A stretch of 56,659 nucleotides of DNA, taken from a virus (lineage: Duplodnaviria; Caudoviricetes). The stretch is from positions 1 through 56,659 of the IMG/VR virus record IMGVR_UViG_3300019935_000003. The stretch is one strand, 5' to 3'. A program made the translations under genes and the position numbers. The notes beneath the pieces were generated by a model, which was not told the origin of the DNA, did not search any database, and saw only the letters and a list, made by a program, of their open reading frames with translations. This document shows positions 18,627 to 29,344 of this stretch, in pieces. Every line of letters starts with the position of its first letter. The stretch's first letter is position 1.

Positions 18627-19973
18627 ATGTATATAGCATTTGATAAAGCAACAAATAAGCCTGTTATCTCTGATAGAGAGGGTGCCATAAAAGATAAAAA
18701 TTTAGATATAATAGGACTTAGCGGCAAGGAGATGCCAGAAGAACTATTACCCAATCTAAAGGTAATGCTTGGTAATATTGATATAGAGAGCATTGAAGAT
18801 AATAAGAATTACCTTCATAAGCTAAGAGCAGATAGTGAAGTAAGGAAAAATTCTAATCTAGTTTGCCCTTTGTGTGAGGAAAAGGTTTTCCCTAAGAGGA
18901 ACGAAAAAAGCAACAAATACTTTTTTTCTCATCATCCTAATAATGGTTCCCATTGTCCTTTTAGAGGAAAGGGCGGTAAAGAAGGTTATCAAAGATGGTG
19001 GTATCACGCAAACAGAACATCTTCGCAGCATATAGAAATGCAGAATTTTATTGGGGAGTACTTAAAAAAAGACTCTAGTAACTTCAGTGATGTAAAAGTA
19101 GAGAGTCGTTATGTAGGTAAACACTCCAGCCCAAAAACAGAGAAGGAAGCGAAAGCGTGGCGTTTTCCTGATGTGATAGCTACATCTAATAATAACAATC
19201 TAAAAAACCCCGTAAATATAATTTTTGAGGTTCAAATATCCCCAGTAGCTCCGAAAATCATAGCGGAAAGAACTGGCTACTACAAAGATAGAGGGGATTA
19301 TATAGTCTGGGTTCTTTCTAGCTTCCTAAAAGATCATCGCTCATTTAAAGATGATATATTTTACACAAACAATAGAAATGCTTTTGTGCTCTCTGAAGAA
19401 GCAATGAGTGAGACTATTAAAACTGGGGTATTGCACTTTGAAGTTTATTATGATGAATGTTGCTACAAGGAGGGTCATGTTTTAGTAAAACATGCTAAAA
19501 AAGTAGTACCTATTCATGACCTATGTTATTACCAAGGTGGCTTAGTTATATATAAAGGATATGAAGAATCTATCCTAAAAGTAAAGCAGGAAAAGGCTTT
19601 AGATGAACAAGAAAGGGAAAAGAAAAGGCTGGATTTTGCAAGAGAGTTTTGGTCTAACTTCAAGATTACTATGAACTTTAACGGCAACACTAGAAACCTA
19701 TACACTGCTGACTTTTACCAAGAAAAAGTTGCACGTATTGCATTCACAGCATGGAATAACGAGGATAATTTTAATGTTGGGTTAAATGGGGAAAACTCCT
19801 ATATTTATAGAAATCGCAAGAAAGGAGAGAATAGCAGATCCCCTGATTTTATAGGCAGCATGGATACCAGCGGCGCAGGTCAACGCTTGAATATAGGTAA
19901 AATCCCCGTTGCAATTTGGGTTCGTGATGGGTGTATAAATCTTGTTTCTAATTTGGGGTATAGAAATAAGTAG
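18627..19973 (+). CDS. CoiA-like zinc-finger PD-(D/E)XK nuclease with an extra C-terminal domain
   Basis: CPLC...FFSHH...CP; WRFPDV...FEVQIS...RTGYY...YIVWV; C-terminal KGENSRSPDFIG...VAIW. Confidence 0.7.
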   Translation: MYIAFDKATNKPVISDREGAIKDKNLDIIGLSGKEMPEELLPNLKVMLGNIDIESIEDNKNYLHKLRADSEVRKNSNLVCPLCEEKVFPKRNEKSNKYFFSHHPNNGSHCPFRGKGGKEGYQRWWYHANRTSSQHIEMQNFIGEYLKKDSSNFSDVKVESRYVGKHSSPKTEKEAKAWRFPDVIATSNNNNLKNPVNIIFEVQISPVAPKIIAERTGYYKDRGDYIVWVLSSFLKDHRSFKDDIFYTNNRNAFVLSEEAMSETIKTGVLHFEVYYDECCYKEGHVLVKHAKKVVPIHDLCYYQGGLVIYKGYEESILKVKQEKALDEQEREKKRLDFAREFWSNFKITMNFNGNTRNLYTADFYQEKVARIAFTAWNNEDNFNVGLNGENSYIYRNRKKGENSRSPDFIGSMDTSGAGQRLNIGKIPVAIWVRDGCINLVSNLGYRNK

Positions 19974-20047
19974 TTTACACGTATTATTTATATGTGTTAA
20001 TATCACCCGTATAAATTAAGATATTTTCAATTTAACTAGGTGGTAAC

Positions 20048-20344
20048 ATGAATTTAGGTGAGAAAATCAACAAAATAAATGAGCTGCATGATGAACTAAA
20101 TAAGGTTATCGAAAACATTGATAAATTCAATAATATTAAAAGTGAGTTAGAAAAACCAAATTCCAATATACTCTTATCTTTAAGTGGAGCAAAAGATGAG
20201 AATACTGTTATCAACCTCCCTAAATTAGATAGTTACTCATATAAGAAAGAGATGACAGAAGCTTTTGAGTTAATTGGGAAGGCACTTAATTCCAAAAGGG
20301 TTTACTTAGCATTAGAACTCGAAAAACTTCTTTCCAAAGAGTAA
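20048..20344 (+). CDS. Hypothetical protein
   Basis: ORF with AGGTGG RBS, convergent with the tail operon. Confidence 0.6.
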   Translation: MNLGEKINKINELHDELNKVIENIDKFNNIKSELEKPNSNILLSLSGAKDENTVINLPKLDSYSYKKEMTEAFELIGKALNSKRVYLALELEKLLSKE

Positions 20345-20346
20345 CC

Positions 20347-20574
20347 CTAAACCCAAAACACCGCCACATTCCCCTGTTCTATCTTTTCAAGTTCCTTTGT
20401 GGCGGTATCAATCCTCACTGCATCCCCTTCTTTAAAGCCGCCAGAAACCACGAATTCAGCCCCACCATTGCGCGTTGCCACGATTACCTTTTTATCAAAA
20501 ACAGCAGTAATTACGCCTGTTTCGCTCTGTTTCTTCTCTCCTATAATTTCCTGTAATTGTGCCAAAGTATTCAT
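20347..20574 (-). CDS. Small tail-tip-associated protein
   Basis: Last gene of the tightly coupled late operon; short OB-like beta pattern. Confidence 0.55.
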   Translation of the reverse strand: MNTLAQLQEIIGEKKQSETGVITAVFDKKVIVATRNGGAEFVVSGGFKEGDAVRIDTATKELEKIEQGNVAVFWV

Positions 20575-20575
20575 G

Positions 20576-20854
20576 CTATACAGCCTTTAATAATGTAATA
20601 GACATATCATGCAAGCCCCTATACTGGACACTATCCACTATTCCGTAACCCATACCCATATCACCTTCATACCTTACCAAATCACCCTTGTGCAGTTTTC
20701 TTTGAATCATAGATAATTGCACCTCAATCAAGCCTGACTCGTCTATCTCAGCACGCCCCCGCTCAACTGCTGCACCAGTGGAGCATAGCAGCGGATCATG
20801 CACATCCAAAACCGCACTATCAGCAGGCAACCGCTTTACCATAATATTGATCAC
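20576..20854 (-). CDS. Putative tail protein
   Basis: Coupled in the tail operon; DPLLCSTGAAVERGRAEID motif. Confidence 0.55.
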   Translation of the reverse strand: MINIMVKRLPADSAVLDVHDPLLCSTGAAVERGRAEIDESGLIEVQLSMIQRKLHKGDLVRYEGDMGMGYGIVDSVQYRGLHDMSITLLKAV

Positions 20855-21408
20855 TTAATGTCTCCCAAAAAAGTTGCGATAATTGGTACATCACTATCAT
20901 TATTTATAGGCTTCTCAGGTGTTGGTATACGGTATACACTTGCACGCGTTTGGTACTTTAGCTCTAAAACAGCAAGCCCTAACTGTGTTGTTCTAAACGT
21001 CATGCCGTCATCTTGTAGGCTTAGTCCTGCTAGTTCCCCGCTTAAAAAAGCCATTGACTCTACTGTATGGATTGGCTTGCTTGCAGTGACATCATTAAAA
21101 TTATCACCTTCTACGCTGTCATCAACATTGTTAAAGCTTAGACTTTCGTGCACAGATTCAAGATAATTATCTTGCACTAATTCAGGCTGTTGGATACCAG
21201 AACACACCGCCTTAGCCACCACCACGCGTGAAGAATGATAAACCAATGCATAGGCAGTATCGTCAAATGTAAAAGAGGATGCATCAATATACTTACCATC
21301 AACTTTTTTTACAAGTCGTGCGGAAAGATGATCATTACTTGTTGTTTTTTCTTGCGCCGATGCTTTAAATGTAGCTGTAACAGTGGCTTTTATTCTTTTG
21401 AATCTCAT
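20851..21408 (-). CDS. Putative tail protein (paralog of 53109-53675)
   Basis: Coupled in the tail operon; aligns by eye with the 188-aa ORF at 53 kb. Confidence 0.6.
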   Translation of the reverse strand: MRFKRIKATVTATFKASAQEKTTSNDHLSARLVKKVDGKYIDASSFTFDDTAYALVYHSSRVVVAKAVCSGIQQPELVQDNYLESVHESLSFNNVDDSVEGDNFNDVTASKPIHTVESMAFLSGELAGLSLQDDGMTFRTTQLGLAVLELKYQTRASVYRIPTPEKPINNDSDVPIIATFLGDIK

Positions 21409-23597
21409 ATTTTAAGCCTTGCTAAGAATTGCGTTTTATCCCCGTCCTTATTGTTGTATACGCCGAATTCATGACGGCGTGCCGTGTAAGTTATTTCAGC
21501 AAGGGAATAGTGATCATCATGCGTAACCATGTTTTTTCCTGAAAATTTAACCTCACCTTCAGGTGGCGTGTAAAACCACTTAATTTTTACAATATCAAAA
21601 ATCGGATCACTTACACTTGCCGCGCCGTCCTTGAATTCTACTTGCTGCGTAATTTCCCTGACCGTGACACCCTTGTATGAAATTTTTACCCATTGACGAC
21701 CTGAGTGCAGTACCTCCACATTTTGCGCCCACGGTATGCGGTATAGGAAAAGCTTACCCCCGCTGTCATCATTACCCTCAAATGTAAACGACCATTGATC
21801 ACTCTCTGCATCGGTCACTCTTACTTGGTTTATATAATCTGTTTTTCCGTAGCCTTCTGAGTAGCTTAGAACGTCGTCATCATCAGTGATATCCACAGCG
21901 GGCGCGGCAATATTCCAGTTTTTACGTTGCACAGAAAAGTGTGGGCGTATCCACAGTGACCCATCACCCAACGTAACTATATTTGCACGTATCGCCCCTG
22001 TGATTTTCTGTATAACCTCCATTGGTGTGACATCGGTATACTGGACACGTTGCGGAAAAATAAACCAGTCTACCGCGTCCCACTTAACGCTAACCCCTGC
22101 CTCGTCTGCCATAAGCTGTACCAGTTCACTAGCCATTAAACCATTTTCAAGCATCACAGCACGTTTTTTAGCCCTAGGCTCTGCCAGTTTAGCAGTGGGG
22201 CAAATGCAATGTATTGTGTATTCAGTACTGGTGGGACTTTGGCGCGACATGCTTTTTTCTTCTACAAGCATCAAATAACTTTCGTCACCTAATACTAATG
22301 TAAACTCAGAATCATAGGAGAGTGCTAAAAATGCAGCGTTATCATGCAGTGTGACCGAACCGCTATACCCATACGTCCCTCTATCGTCATTTATTGAAAC
22401 ATCGGAAATATCATACTTTTTTGCGTTAACTTGTATGTAATATTCTTTATCTATTATTTGGGCACTTGGTACTATATCAGGTTCTGAAGTATTGGAGGAA
22501 TGCAGCGTTTTTATAAAAATGCTTTTCTGCTGTAATTCATTAGAAGAATGGATTCCTTTCTGTAAATATTTGGTACAGGAATTAACACCATGCAGCGTAC
22601 TATCTATTACTTTATTTAATGAATTTACACCGTGAATTTCAGATTCTAAAAACATAGTATTAAATGACTGAATACCCGCTTCTAAATACTTAAATTGCTG
22701 TAGCTCATTAACCCCATGCAATGTACTTTCGTGCTGCTTATGGCAATCATTAAAGCCCTCAATCGACACGGCAAACAGGCAAGTTTTAAACGACTGAATA
22801 CCAGCTTCTAAGTGCTTATACTGCTGCAACTCATTAAAACTATGTAAGCCGCTTTGGTGTTCTTTCTGACAGTCGTTAAAGCCCCCTAGTGATGCAGAAT
22901 GCAGGCAAGTGTTAAGCGATTGAATACCCACTTCTAAATGTGTAAATTGCTGTAATTCATTAACTCCATGCAATGTACTTTCAAGTTCTTTTTCACACGC
23001 ATTAAGCCCACCCAATGATGCAGAAAATAAACAAGTATTTTTTGAGTGTACAGTTGACTCTAATTTATTGTATTGCTCAATATCAAAAAAGCTTTGCAAC
23101 CCACTTTCAAAATAAACAACACTGGAATTTACACCCTGTATACCAGCCTGTAATCTATCTTTCTGCTGAATATGTAAAGTTGATTCTATTAGATTGATTA
23201 CTTTCTGTGTTATTGTGACATCAAATAATGATGTATTGCTACTTTGTATGCCATAATGCAGCTGTATGTATTGTTTCCAATTTATACGTAAAGCCATGTT
23301 GCTACGCATTGAACTCTTTTGTTTCCAGTTGAGCTGTAATGCATTACTACGCCTATTTGTACTATGTTGAACCCAATTTATTTGCAGTCCTGACTTTTCC
23401 CCATAGCTGCTTTTTTGAGTCCAATTAATACGAACTCCTATAGAGCTGGAGGGGCTGCCTTGGTTAGCGGAAAAGTTAAAAACAATATTATTCTTATCAG
23501 GGGGGGTGTAAGACTGCTTAAAATCAAAAACAATATTATTCTTGTTGGGGGGGTATAAGGCATATCGGATTACACTAAATACGTGAAAAAATAACAT
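21405..23597 (-). CDS. Tail hub/structural protein with internal repeats
   Basis: ~39-aa repeats (LESTLHGVNELQQFxHLExGIQSxxTCL) followed by a hub-like domain; start uncertain. Confidence 0.65.
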   Translation of the reverse strand: MLFFHVFSVIRYALYPPNKNNIVFDFKQSYTPPDKNNIVFNFSANQGSPSSSIGVRINWTQKSSYGEKSGLQINWVQHSTNRRSNALQLNWKQKSSMRSNMALRINWKQYIQLHYGIQSSNTSLFDVTITQKVINLIESTLHIQQKDRLQAGIQGVNSSVVYFESGLQSFFDIEQYNKLESTVHSKNTCLFSASLGGLNACEKELESTLHGVNELQQFTHLEVGIQSLNTCLHSASLGGFNDCQKEHQSGLHSFNELQQYKHLEAGIQSFKTCLFAVSIEGFNDCHKQHESTLHGVNELQQFKYLEAGIQSFNTMFLESEIHGVNSLNKVIDSTLHGVNSCTKYLQKGIHSSNELQQKSIFIKTLHSSNTSEPDIVPSAQIIDKEYYIQVNAKKYDISDVSINDDRGTYGYSGSVTLHDNAAFLALSYDSEFTLVLGDESYLMLVEEKSMSRQSPTSTEYTIHCICPTAKLAEPRAKKRAVMLENGLMASELVQLMADEAGVSVKWDAVDWFIFPQRVQYTDVTPMEVIQKITGAIRANIVTLGDGSLWIRPHFSVQRKNWNIAAPAVDITDDDDVLSYSEGYGKTDYINQVRVTDAESDQWSFTFEGNDDSGGKLFLYRIPWAQNVEVLHSGRQWVKISYKGVTVREITQQVEFKDGAASVSDPIFDIVKIKWFYTPPEGEVKFSGKNMVTHDDHYSLAEITYTARRHEFGVYNNKDGDKTQFLARLKI
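22560..23110 (-). repeat. Coding tandem repeats, ~117-bp period
   Basis: Recurring GACTGAATACC.GCTTCTAA and CCATGCAATGTACTTTC blocks. Confidence 0.75.
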
Positions 23598-23916
23598 CGT
23601 TGTATGTGTCCCCGTGGGGGTCTACACAGACAATATAAAAATCATTGCTTGTGTCATCTATATTTTCTATTTTAAAACCCCCATCTTGCGCTGTTCGCGT
23701 CTTAGCAAGTAACGCTCCTGTTTTTCTATCATGCAAAAATACAAGTTTATGCGCCAAAGCAACAACACCTTGTCGAGCTACACCAGAAATCACCCCATTC
23801 ATTTTTAATTGCAAGCTACCCCCCCCTTTTAGCTTACTATTTCTTAAGTATTTCCTACCAAAAGGGGTGAATTTATTTTGCAGTAAAATGCCAAGGTTAG
23901 CCATAATTAACCCCAC
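23575..23916 (-). CDS. Tail-associated protein (carboxypeptidase-regulatory-like beta sandwich)
   Basis: ISGV...VFLHDRKTGALLAKTRTAQDGGF...FYIVCVD...YNDVI. Confidence 0.6.
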   Translation of the reverse strand: MGLIMANLGILLQNKFTPFGRKYLRNSKLKGGGSLQLKMNGVISGVARQGVVALAHKLVFLHDRKTGALLAKTRTAQDGGFKIENIDDTSNDFYIVCVDPHGDTYNDVIFSRI

Positions 23917-24845
23917 TCACTTATACAGACAAATACTTGTCCAGTGTCGTTGTATGCTCTTAATGGGAGCGCAATGTAAGTGTCTTGCTCTTGCGTTTCA
24001 AAAGTATCAAAATTAGATAAAGGTTTGTCATGCATAGGGGCTAAAATTCCAGGCAATTCCCCCCTTAATAGAGGGGTTCCATCTTCAATTTCAGTGATTT
24101 TTATATCACTATAAAGTAACCCCCCTGTAATTGGATCGGGGTAGCTTGCCCCTTTGCTCCCCGCCAAACCTGTATTACTGCTTTTTAACGACTGTATCAA
24201 AAAAGGTACCTTGAAATCTCCCTGCGCTTGCGTGTAGCGTCTTGCGCAGTAGCTGCCATCTTTTGGGCTTGCTAAAGTTCCAGAATAAAGAAAAATATTT
24301 TGGTCGGGCTTATTGCCCGCTTTTATTTTCTGTGCTGCACATATAGAATTAAAGCTATCTGTGGGAAGGTATGTTTTAAAATCCCCAAAGTATGAAAAAC
24401 ACACATTATTATCTATTGAATCATATGTATCGACCCACAAATAAAATCCGCCATATTTAGAATTATGTATTATTTTCCAGTTTGCAGGGTCTGAATTTGA
24501 TGTGCTTTTGTAACTCTTATAAATATAAAGACCGCCCGAAAAATTCGACTCGCTGGGGAATTTGTTTGCTATATCATCAAAGCCAGAACATTCTTCAGAC
24601 ATAAAAACACGCGCAAAAAGCGGATCGTTATCAAAAATATGTAAGTAAAATTCATTAGAACCCAAGGGCTGTTTGTATACCGCTTTATTCTCTACTGCGT
24701 CATAGAAAACCTTTTGCCAGCCTGCTGCTGATTTTGAGCCAAAGCCATCTACAAGGCATTTATCAAATAACTTTATCAGCTTCCCACTTTCTGCTGTTAA
24801 CACTGGACTAAGCGGATCAGAGTTAGCATAAACAGTTGTTGGCAT
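23907..24845 (-). CDS. Virion structural/tail protein
   Basis: N-terminus PVLT..SGKLIKLFDKCLVDGFGSKSAAGW recalls siphophage tail proteins. Confidence 0.65.
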   Translation of the reverse strand: MPTTVYANSDPLSPVLTAESGKLIKLFDKCLVDGFGSKSAAGWQKVFYDAVENKAVYKQPLGSNEFYLHIFDNDPLFARVFMSEECSGFDDIANKFPSESNFSGGLYIYKSYKSTSNSDPANWKIIHNSKYGGFYLWVDTYDSIDNNVCFSYFGDFKTYLPTDSFNSICAAQKIKAGNKPDQNIFLYSGTLASPKDGSYCARRYTQAQGDFKVPFLIQSLKSSNTGLAGSKGASYPDPITGGLLYSDIKITEIEDGTPLLRGELPGILAPMHDKPLSNFDTFETQEQDTYIALPLRAYNDTGQVFVCISEWG

Positions 24846-24856
24846 TAATAATTCCT

Positions 24857-25612
24857 TTAGTCAAAAGATGAGTAGCGCAATCCAATTGATTCATCATGAG
24901 CCAGCCTATTTGCAGCGGGAATACTTCTTTTTAGCCACACAACAGCGTGCTCTTGCGGGGGGATTTCCCCTATAAGCAGAGAAGATTCTTCTGTTGCTGT
25001 GTTATGAAAAACGACATCGACGGGTGCTATATCATCAGATTGTAGCAACTCCGCCTCGTAAGTCCCTGTCAGCCTTGGATCTAATCCTATTTGTGATTCA
25101 CTATCCCCTTCAGACTGCTGTTCTATCCATATGCGCACATTATATTCTATATTATTGTTTTCAGAGGAAACTGGCGCGGTATTTTTTAGGTAAAAACAGC
25201 TGTAATCTGTATTACCATTCAGTGCCTCCAAGGGGGTAATATCATCATGCAAATTTCTTTCTATATCGCCGACATTCACACTTGTAGAAACTGATTGACC
25301 AGAAGGAAAATCATCCTTATTTATACTTAGAAATAAATGCCCGCCACTTGCTGCGTGAACTATAACTTTTTGTTTGTCAATAATTTCTATTGCACTTCCT
25401 GCCTCACCGTTTTTATCTTTCCATGAAATTCTGGGAGGACTATTTACAAATACAAGTTCACCTTGACCTGTTTCATTGTTAGCTCCATCAATTATATTTA
25501 TACCGCTTATTGGGCTTTCAATAAAAAAGCTCTGTGATAACAGTGGGTTTATAGATATTGCTCCACCTTTTTTTGTTGTAGCATTAAAACACTGTATATT
25601 TTCTACACTCAT
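24857..25612 (-). CDS. Putative tail protein
   Basis: NLHDDIT..EAL.G.TDYSCFYLKN motif, related to the motif in 28319-29341. Confidence 0.6.
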   Translation of the reverse strand: MSVENIQCFNATTKKGGAISINPLLSQSFFIESPISGINIIDGANNETGQGELVFVNSPPRISWKDKNGEAGSAIEIIDKQKVIVHAASGGHLFLSINKDDFPSGQSVSTSVNVGDIERNLHDDITPLEALNGNTDYSCFYLKNTAPVSSENNNIEYNVRIWIEQQSEGDSESQIGLDPRLTGTYEAELLQSDDIAPVDVVFHNTATEESSLLIGEIPPQEHAVVWLKRSIPAANRLAHDESIGLRYSSFD

Positions 25613-27381
25613 AAAATACCTATTTTATTCAACACTTCAATTTCACCTGATTTTTTTAAGATTGTTTTTTTATTGTCAATATCAATCAAATAATTACCGT
25701 AACTATCAACAGCATATTTTATTTTTTCATTATCAGCCCACACACCAATTACATCATCCACCCCATTTTTTTCGTAGAAACCAACAAAAAAGTTTTTTAC
25801 ATGCGGAAAAGGAACATCAAATTCATAAAGCAACGCATTATCAACGTATATCTCTAGTTTTTCATGTGAAAGATAGCCAATAACGTCATTAACAACATCT
25901 ATAAATGCTATGCTTCTTGTATATGCAGATTCCTCTTTGTAGCGTGTAAATGTAAAACTATCACTTTCACCTGTTGACAGCGTTATTGTGCCGTTTTCCT
26001 CGTCCTCTTCTATTCCTCCATCAAAAGGAGTTAATGTCCTAGTGCCCGGTGTCCAAATGATTTTTTTAATTGAATTTAGATTTACATCCCCATCTTGAAA
26101 TAACCCCCTTATTGCTGTTCTAGCGTCAAATAGAAAATTGGGATAATAGCCGCTAAATATAGCAGCTTTTAAAAAAGGGATTGCATCCTCATGAATGCCA
26201 GGATTTATGACAGGATAGTGCTCTAAAACATTGTAGGGCCATCTCCACCACGGGTAAGGCTCTCCATTGCTATAATAATAAATTGATAAAGCATCCAGAT
26301 CAGTTTGATAATATTTTTTATCAAAATATTTGCCATTTATTTTTTGATTTATAAACGCTACACGCCCCCTTATTTGTCTGAACCCATAGAGCCGTATACC
26401 TTCATTTTTACAGGCAATTAAGACGTGTTCATCCATGTATGCAGAAAAGTGCGTTCCATCACATGTTAGAAAAGTTGACTCTCCATGCTTGCGACCGTTT
26501 GGGCAAAATGGATCCTCACACACAAGCATTTTTGTCCTTATTGTTTCTAAATCACCATAAAACCAAAATTTTCCCGTTGTTGGGCTGTCGGACTCATAAC
26601 GAGAAACCTTTAACTCAAATTGACCGCGCACCGTTTTAAGCTCTTTGTCTTTGAATTCTGAAGCTAATTCTGCTTCTACTTTTACCTCATCCGAGCATAT
26701 ATTTTTATGTGTTATTTCTAGTGTGTATGCATCTTTTGTGCGTACATGCAGACTATCTAAATCCACTTCTAGCCTTACGGGGAGTCTTATTTTTTCCTCC
26801 ATTTCAGAGTGGTCTAGGCTGAATTTATGCGGATATTTTCTTTGCAAGTACGTAACAGCCTTTAGCCCATCCTCTGAAAAATACATAATATTTGTTACAG
26901 CATAATCTTGTTTTTGATAGCTAATTTCTTTTATATTTAGCCACCCTTTGCTAGATTTAACATGAAAAACTATAGTGTTTTCATCTTTTCTTGTTGCAAC
27001 AAGCGGCGTTTTCTTTTCTTCAAATAGAGTAAAGCAGGCACCAATGACAAGGTATGGGAGTTCGGGCTTTAAGGCTTTACCGCACTTATAAACTTTCTTG
27101 CTTAAATAATGCAAATCCTTCCCAAAAAAGTGCCGATTAGGGGGCGCGTCGATGGATATTGTGCCTGTTTTCTTACCGTTTAATTTTCCACTAAAGCCCA
27201 CATAGCCATATTCTTTTTCCTTCTTTTTCCCTTGTTTGTAATCTTGTGTTTTTTCTTTCCATGAGTAAGTTTTCTGTTGCTCGTTACTACTTGAAATAAC
27301 ACCCACAAGAGCTTCACTACATGCGGGAATGTATTTAGTATAAGTCTCAGTTTCTGTGCCAGCATCAGGATGATAAACCAT
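25609..27381 (-). CDS. Hypothetical tail-region protein
   Basis: 590-aa ORF coupled within the tail operon. Confidence 0.6.
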   Translation of the reverse strand: MVYHPDAGTETETYTKYIPACSEALVGVISSSNEQQKTYSWKEKTQDYKQGKKKEKEYGYVGFSGKLNGKKTGTISIDAPPNRHFFGKDLHYLSKKVYKCGKALKPELPYLVIGACFTLFEEKKTPLVATRKDENTIVFHVKSSKGWLNIKEISYQKQDYAVTNIMYFSEDGLKAVTYLQRKYPHKFSLDHSEMEEKIRLPVRLEVDLDSLHVRTKDAYTLEITHKNICSDEVKVEAELASEFKDKELKTVRGQFELKVSRYESDSPTTGKFWFYGDLETIRTKMLVCEDPFCPNGRKHGESTFLTCDGTHFSAYMDEHVLIACKNEGIRLYGFRQIRGRVAFINQKINGKYFDKKYYQTDLDALSIYYYSNGEPYPWWRWPYNVLEHYPVINPGIHEDAIPFLKAAIFSGYYPNFLFDARTAIRGLFQDGDVNLNSIKKIIWTPGTRTLTPFDGGIEEDEENGTITLSTGESDSFTFTRYKEESAYTRSIAFIDVVNDVIGYLSHEKLEIYVDNALLYEFDVPFPHVKNFFVGFYEKNGVDDVIGVWADNEKIKYAVDSYGNYLIDIDNKKTILKKSGEIEVLNKIGIL

Positions 27382-27386
27382 TGTAA

Positions 27387-28313
27387 TTAATCCAGTTTAA
27401 TGCCTTTGTAGCGGTCTTTTAGCACAGAGTGATAGCTGTCCCAATTAAAAGAATTAATATACTGTTTTGCCCACTTTTCCCGTGAATTCCCTTTCTTTAG
27501 ATTGTATTCTGGATTATAGGAATGCACGCCGACATAAGGCTTATGTATGGCGGGGTTGTTACGGCGGCGGTAGAATTGCCCTTCTGGTGTAAGCACTAAA
27601 AGCTCATGTACACGCTCAGCTTCATATGATCCTTCTTCATCAGGCACAGGGTGATTATTTGCGGGGTAATAGGGTTCTTCGCCTCCCCAATCGTTGGGCA
27701 TCTCATATGCCCCACGCTCTCCCTCTGATTCTGCCAGCAGATAACGAGACACAACCCGTGCCACTTCTACCTCATCACGCCCATCATCAAGATCATAAGA
27801 AGGTACGTTAAATGTAGCTGTTTTACCATTTAAAACAGAAATTATTTTGCCTCGAACATTTTCCCGATCCACAAAATCCCCTGCTGTATACTCTAATATT
27901 AAGTAGCTTGTTTTATAGCTGACTTCACCGAATCCGATAATTGGCACATCGCTTTCAAATTGACCGCTTTCAATATTAAAAACAATATTAGCATTAACAG
28001 GTTCAAGTGTTTCTGCATGTAGAACAGGCTGGGCAAGCACAAGAGGCTTTATGATCTGGGAAGCGGGATAGGAGGTTGTTGCAGTATTTCCGTTAAATTC
28101 CACAAGCTCACTTGGCACATCATAGATACCTGTTACGCCCTTTGATTTTACGCTACCAATAACAGCGTAAAATCGATCTGGATTGGCAGGATAATGACGC
28201 ACTAAAACAGTAGAATACCCGTTTTTATGCAACTCCATTTTAGGGCTTATTCTACTTATACCGACTTTGTTTTCTGCTGCAAAAGTAGCTTGTAAGCTTT
28301 CACTTAATGACAT
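27387..28313 (-). CDS. Putative tail protein
   Basis: Position within the tail operon. Confidence 0.55.
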   Translation of the reverse strand: MSLSESLQATFAAENKVGISRISPKMELHKNGYSTVLVRHYPANPDRFYAVIGSVKSKGVTGIYDVPSELVEFNGNTATTSYPASQIIKPLVLAQPVLHAETLEPVNANIVFNIESGQFESDVPIIGFGEVSYKTSYLILEYTAGDFVDRENVRGKIISVLNGKTATFNVPSYDLDDGRDEVEVARVVSRYLLAESEGERGAYEMPNDWGGEEPYYPANNHPVPDEEGSYEAERVHELLVLTPEGQFYRRRNNPAIHKPYVGVHSYNPEYNLKKGNSREKWAKQYINSFNWDSYHSVLKDRYKGIKLD

Positions 28314-28318
28314 AAAAA

Positions 28319-29341
28319 TTAATCCGAGCTTGCAAGAGCTTTGAATGCAAAATTATTATTGCTAAATGCTGCTGTATTAGGTTCTACGACATTTTTAACC
28401 CACCACGGCGCGGTGGCTGAATTTGTTGTAAAAGTGATAGCATTCCCACTAAAAAAAGAGCCACTAAATGCAGTGGGGGGAATAGTGAAATATCGCGCTG
28501 TTCTATCCACAGAGAAATCATTGTTTAACGGCGCGGTTTCTGCACTCACATTACCCGTCAAACCTAAGTCTCCCAGCGTGTCGCCCATTACAGTAAATGT
28601 TGTGGAGGAATTAAATGTAAGTGTCCAAGTCTGATCAACAACGCCAAGCTGATCTAACCCAATAAGAGACTCATTAATCACACCATTAGCCGATGTGTTA
28701 GAAAGCCCTGTTATTGTTGCTTTAATATCCCCGTATTCCACAAGGCTTGCGACAATACAATAATCTGTTGGGACTCCATCTGTTTCAATCTTTTCAGAAC
28801 TATAACTATTATTAACACCTTCATTTAGCGTAATCTCTGCAACTGTTCCCGCATAAGTCACAGAGGAAATTGTTTTAATATCATAGTCATGCAATGTACC
28901 CGAAACCATGCGACCAACAACAATTTTACCCCCCGCTTGAAAAACAGGTGTTGATGTTTCACACGCTGCTTTTATCACCGTTGCATTTGCGCTTACATCC
29001 TCATGCAGGAAACCAGCACCATAAACCTGTTCACCTTCTACACTTTCCTGAGTATCTAACGCCGCACCTTTTACTAAAAAAATGCTGTCATTTGCAGTTG
29101 TTGGCAGGGAATTAAAGACATAAACTTCTCTAAATATTTCATTATCTGCATTAGTGAAGTGTGTAAAAAACTTTCTGTAATTTGTTACACCACTTGTGCG
29201 ATTTTCCCGTGTAATAGCTGGCAACATGGCATTACGCTGCATACTTGTGACTTTTTTTGCAATCATGCGCCCCCCATTTTGTGCAGGGGCTGAATTACTA
29301 AATTCAGGATATCTATAAAATATTTCGTTACTATCTGGCAT
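28319..29341 (-). CDS. Virion structural/tail protein
   Basis: NGGRM...RNAMLPAITRENRTSGVTNYRKFF motif; second gene after the tape measure. Confidence 0.65.
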   Translation of the reverse strand: MPDSNEIFYRYPEFSNSAPAQNGGRMIAKKVTSMQRNAMLPAITRENRTSGVTNYRKFFTHFTNADNEIFREVYVFNSLPTTANDSIFLVKGAALDTQESVEGEQVYGAGFLHEDVSANATVIKAACETSTPVFQAGGKIVVGRMVSGTLHDYDIKTISSVTYAGTVAEITLNEGVNNSYSSEKIETDGVPTDYCIVASLVEYGDIKATITGLSNTSANGVINESLIGLDQLGVVDQTWTLTFNSSTTFTVMGDTLGDLGLTGNVSAETAPLNNDFSVDRTARYFTIPPTAFSGSFFSGNAITFTTNSATAPWWVKNVVEPNTAAFSNNNFAFKALASSD

Positions 29342-29344
29342 TTT

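Noticed and set aside
21405-23597. Diversity-generating retroelement TR/VR pair
   Set aside because: No reverse transcriptase in the window; the repeats are in-frame tandem units without adenine-specific differences
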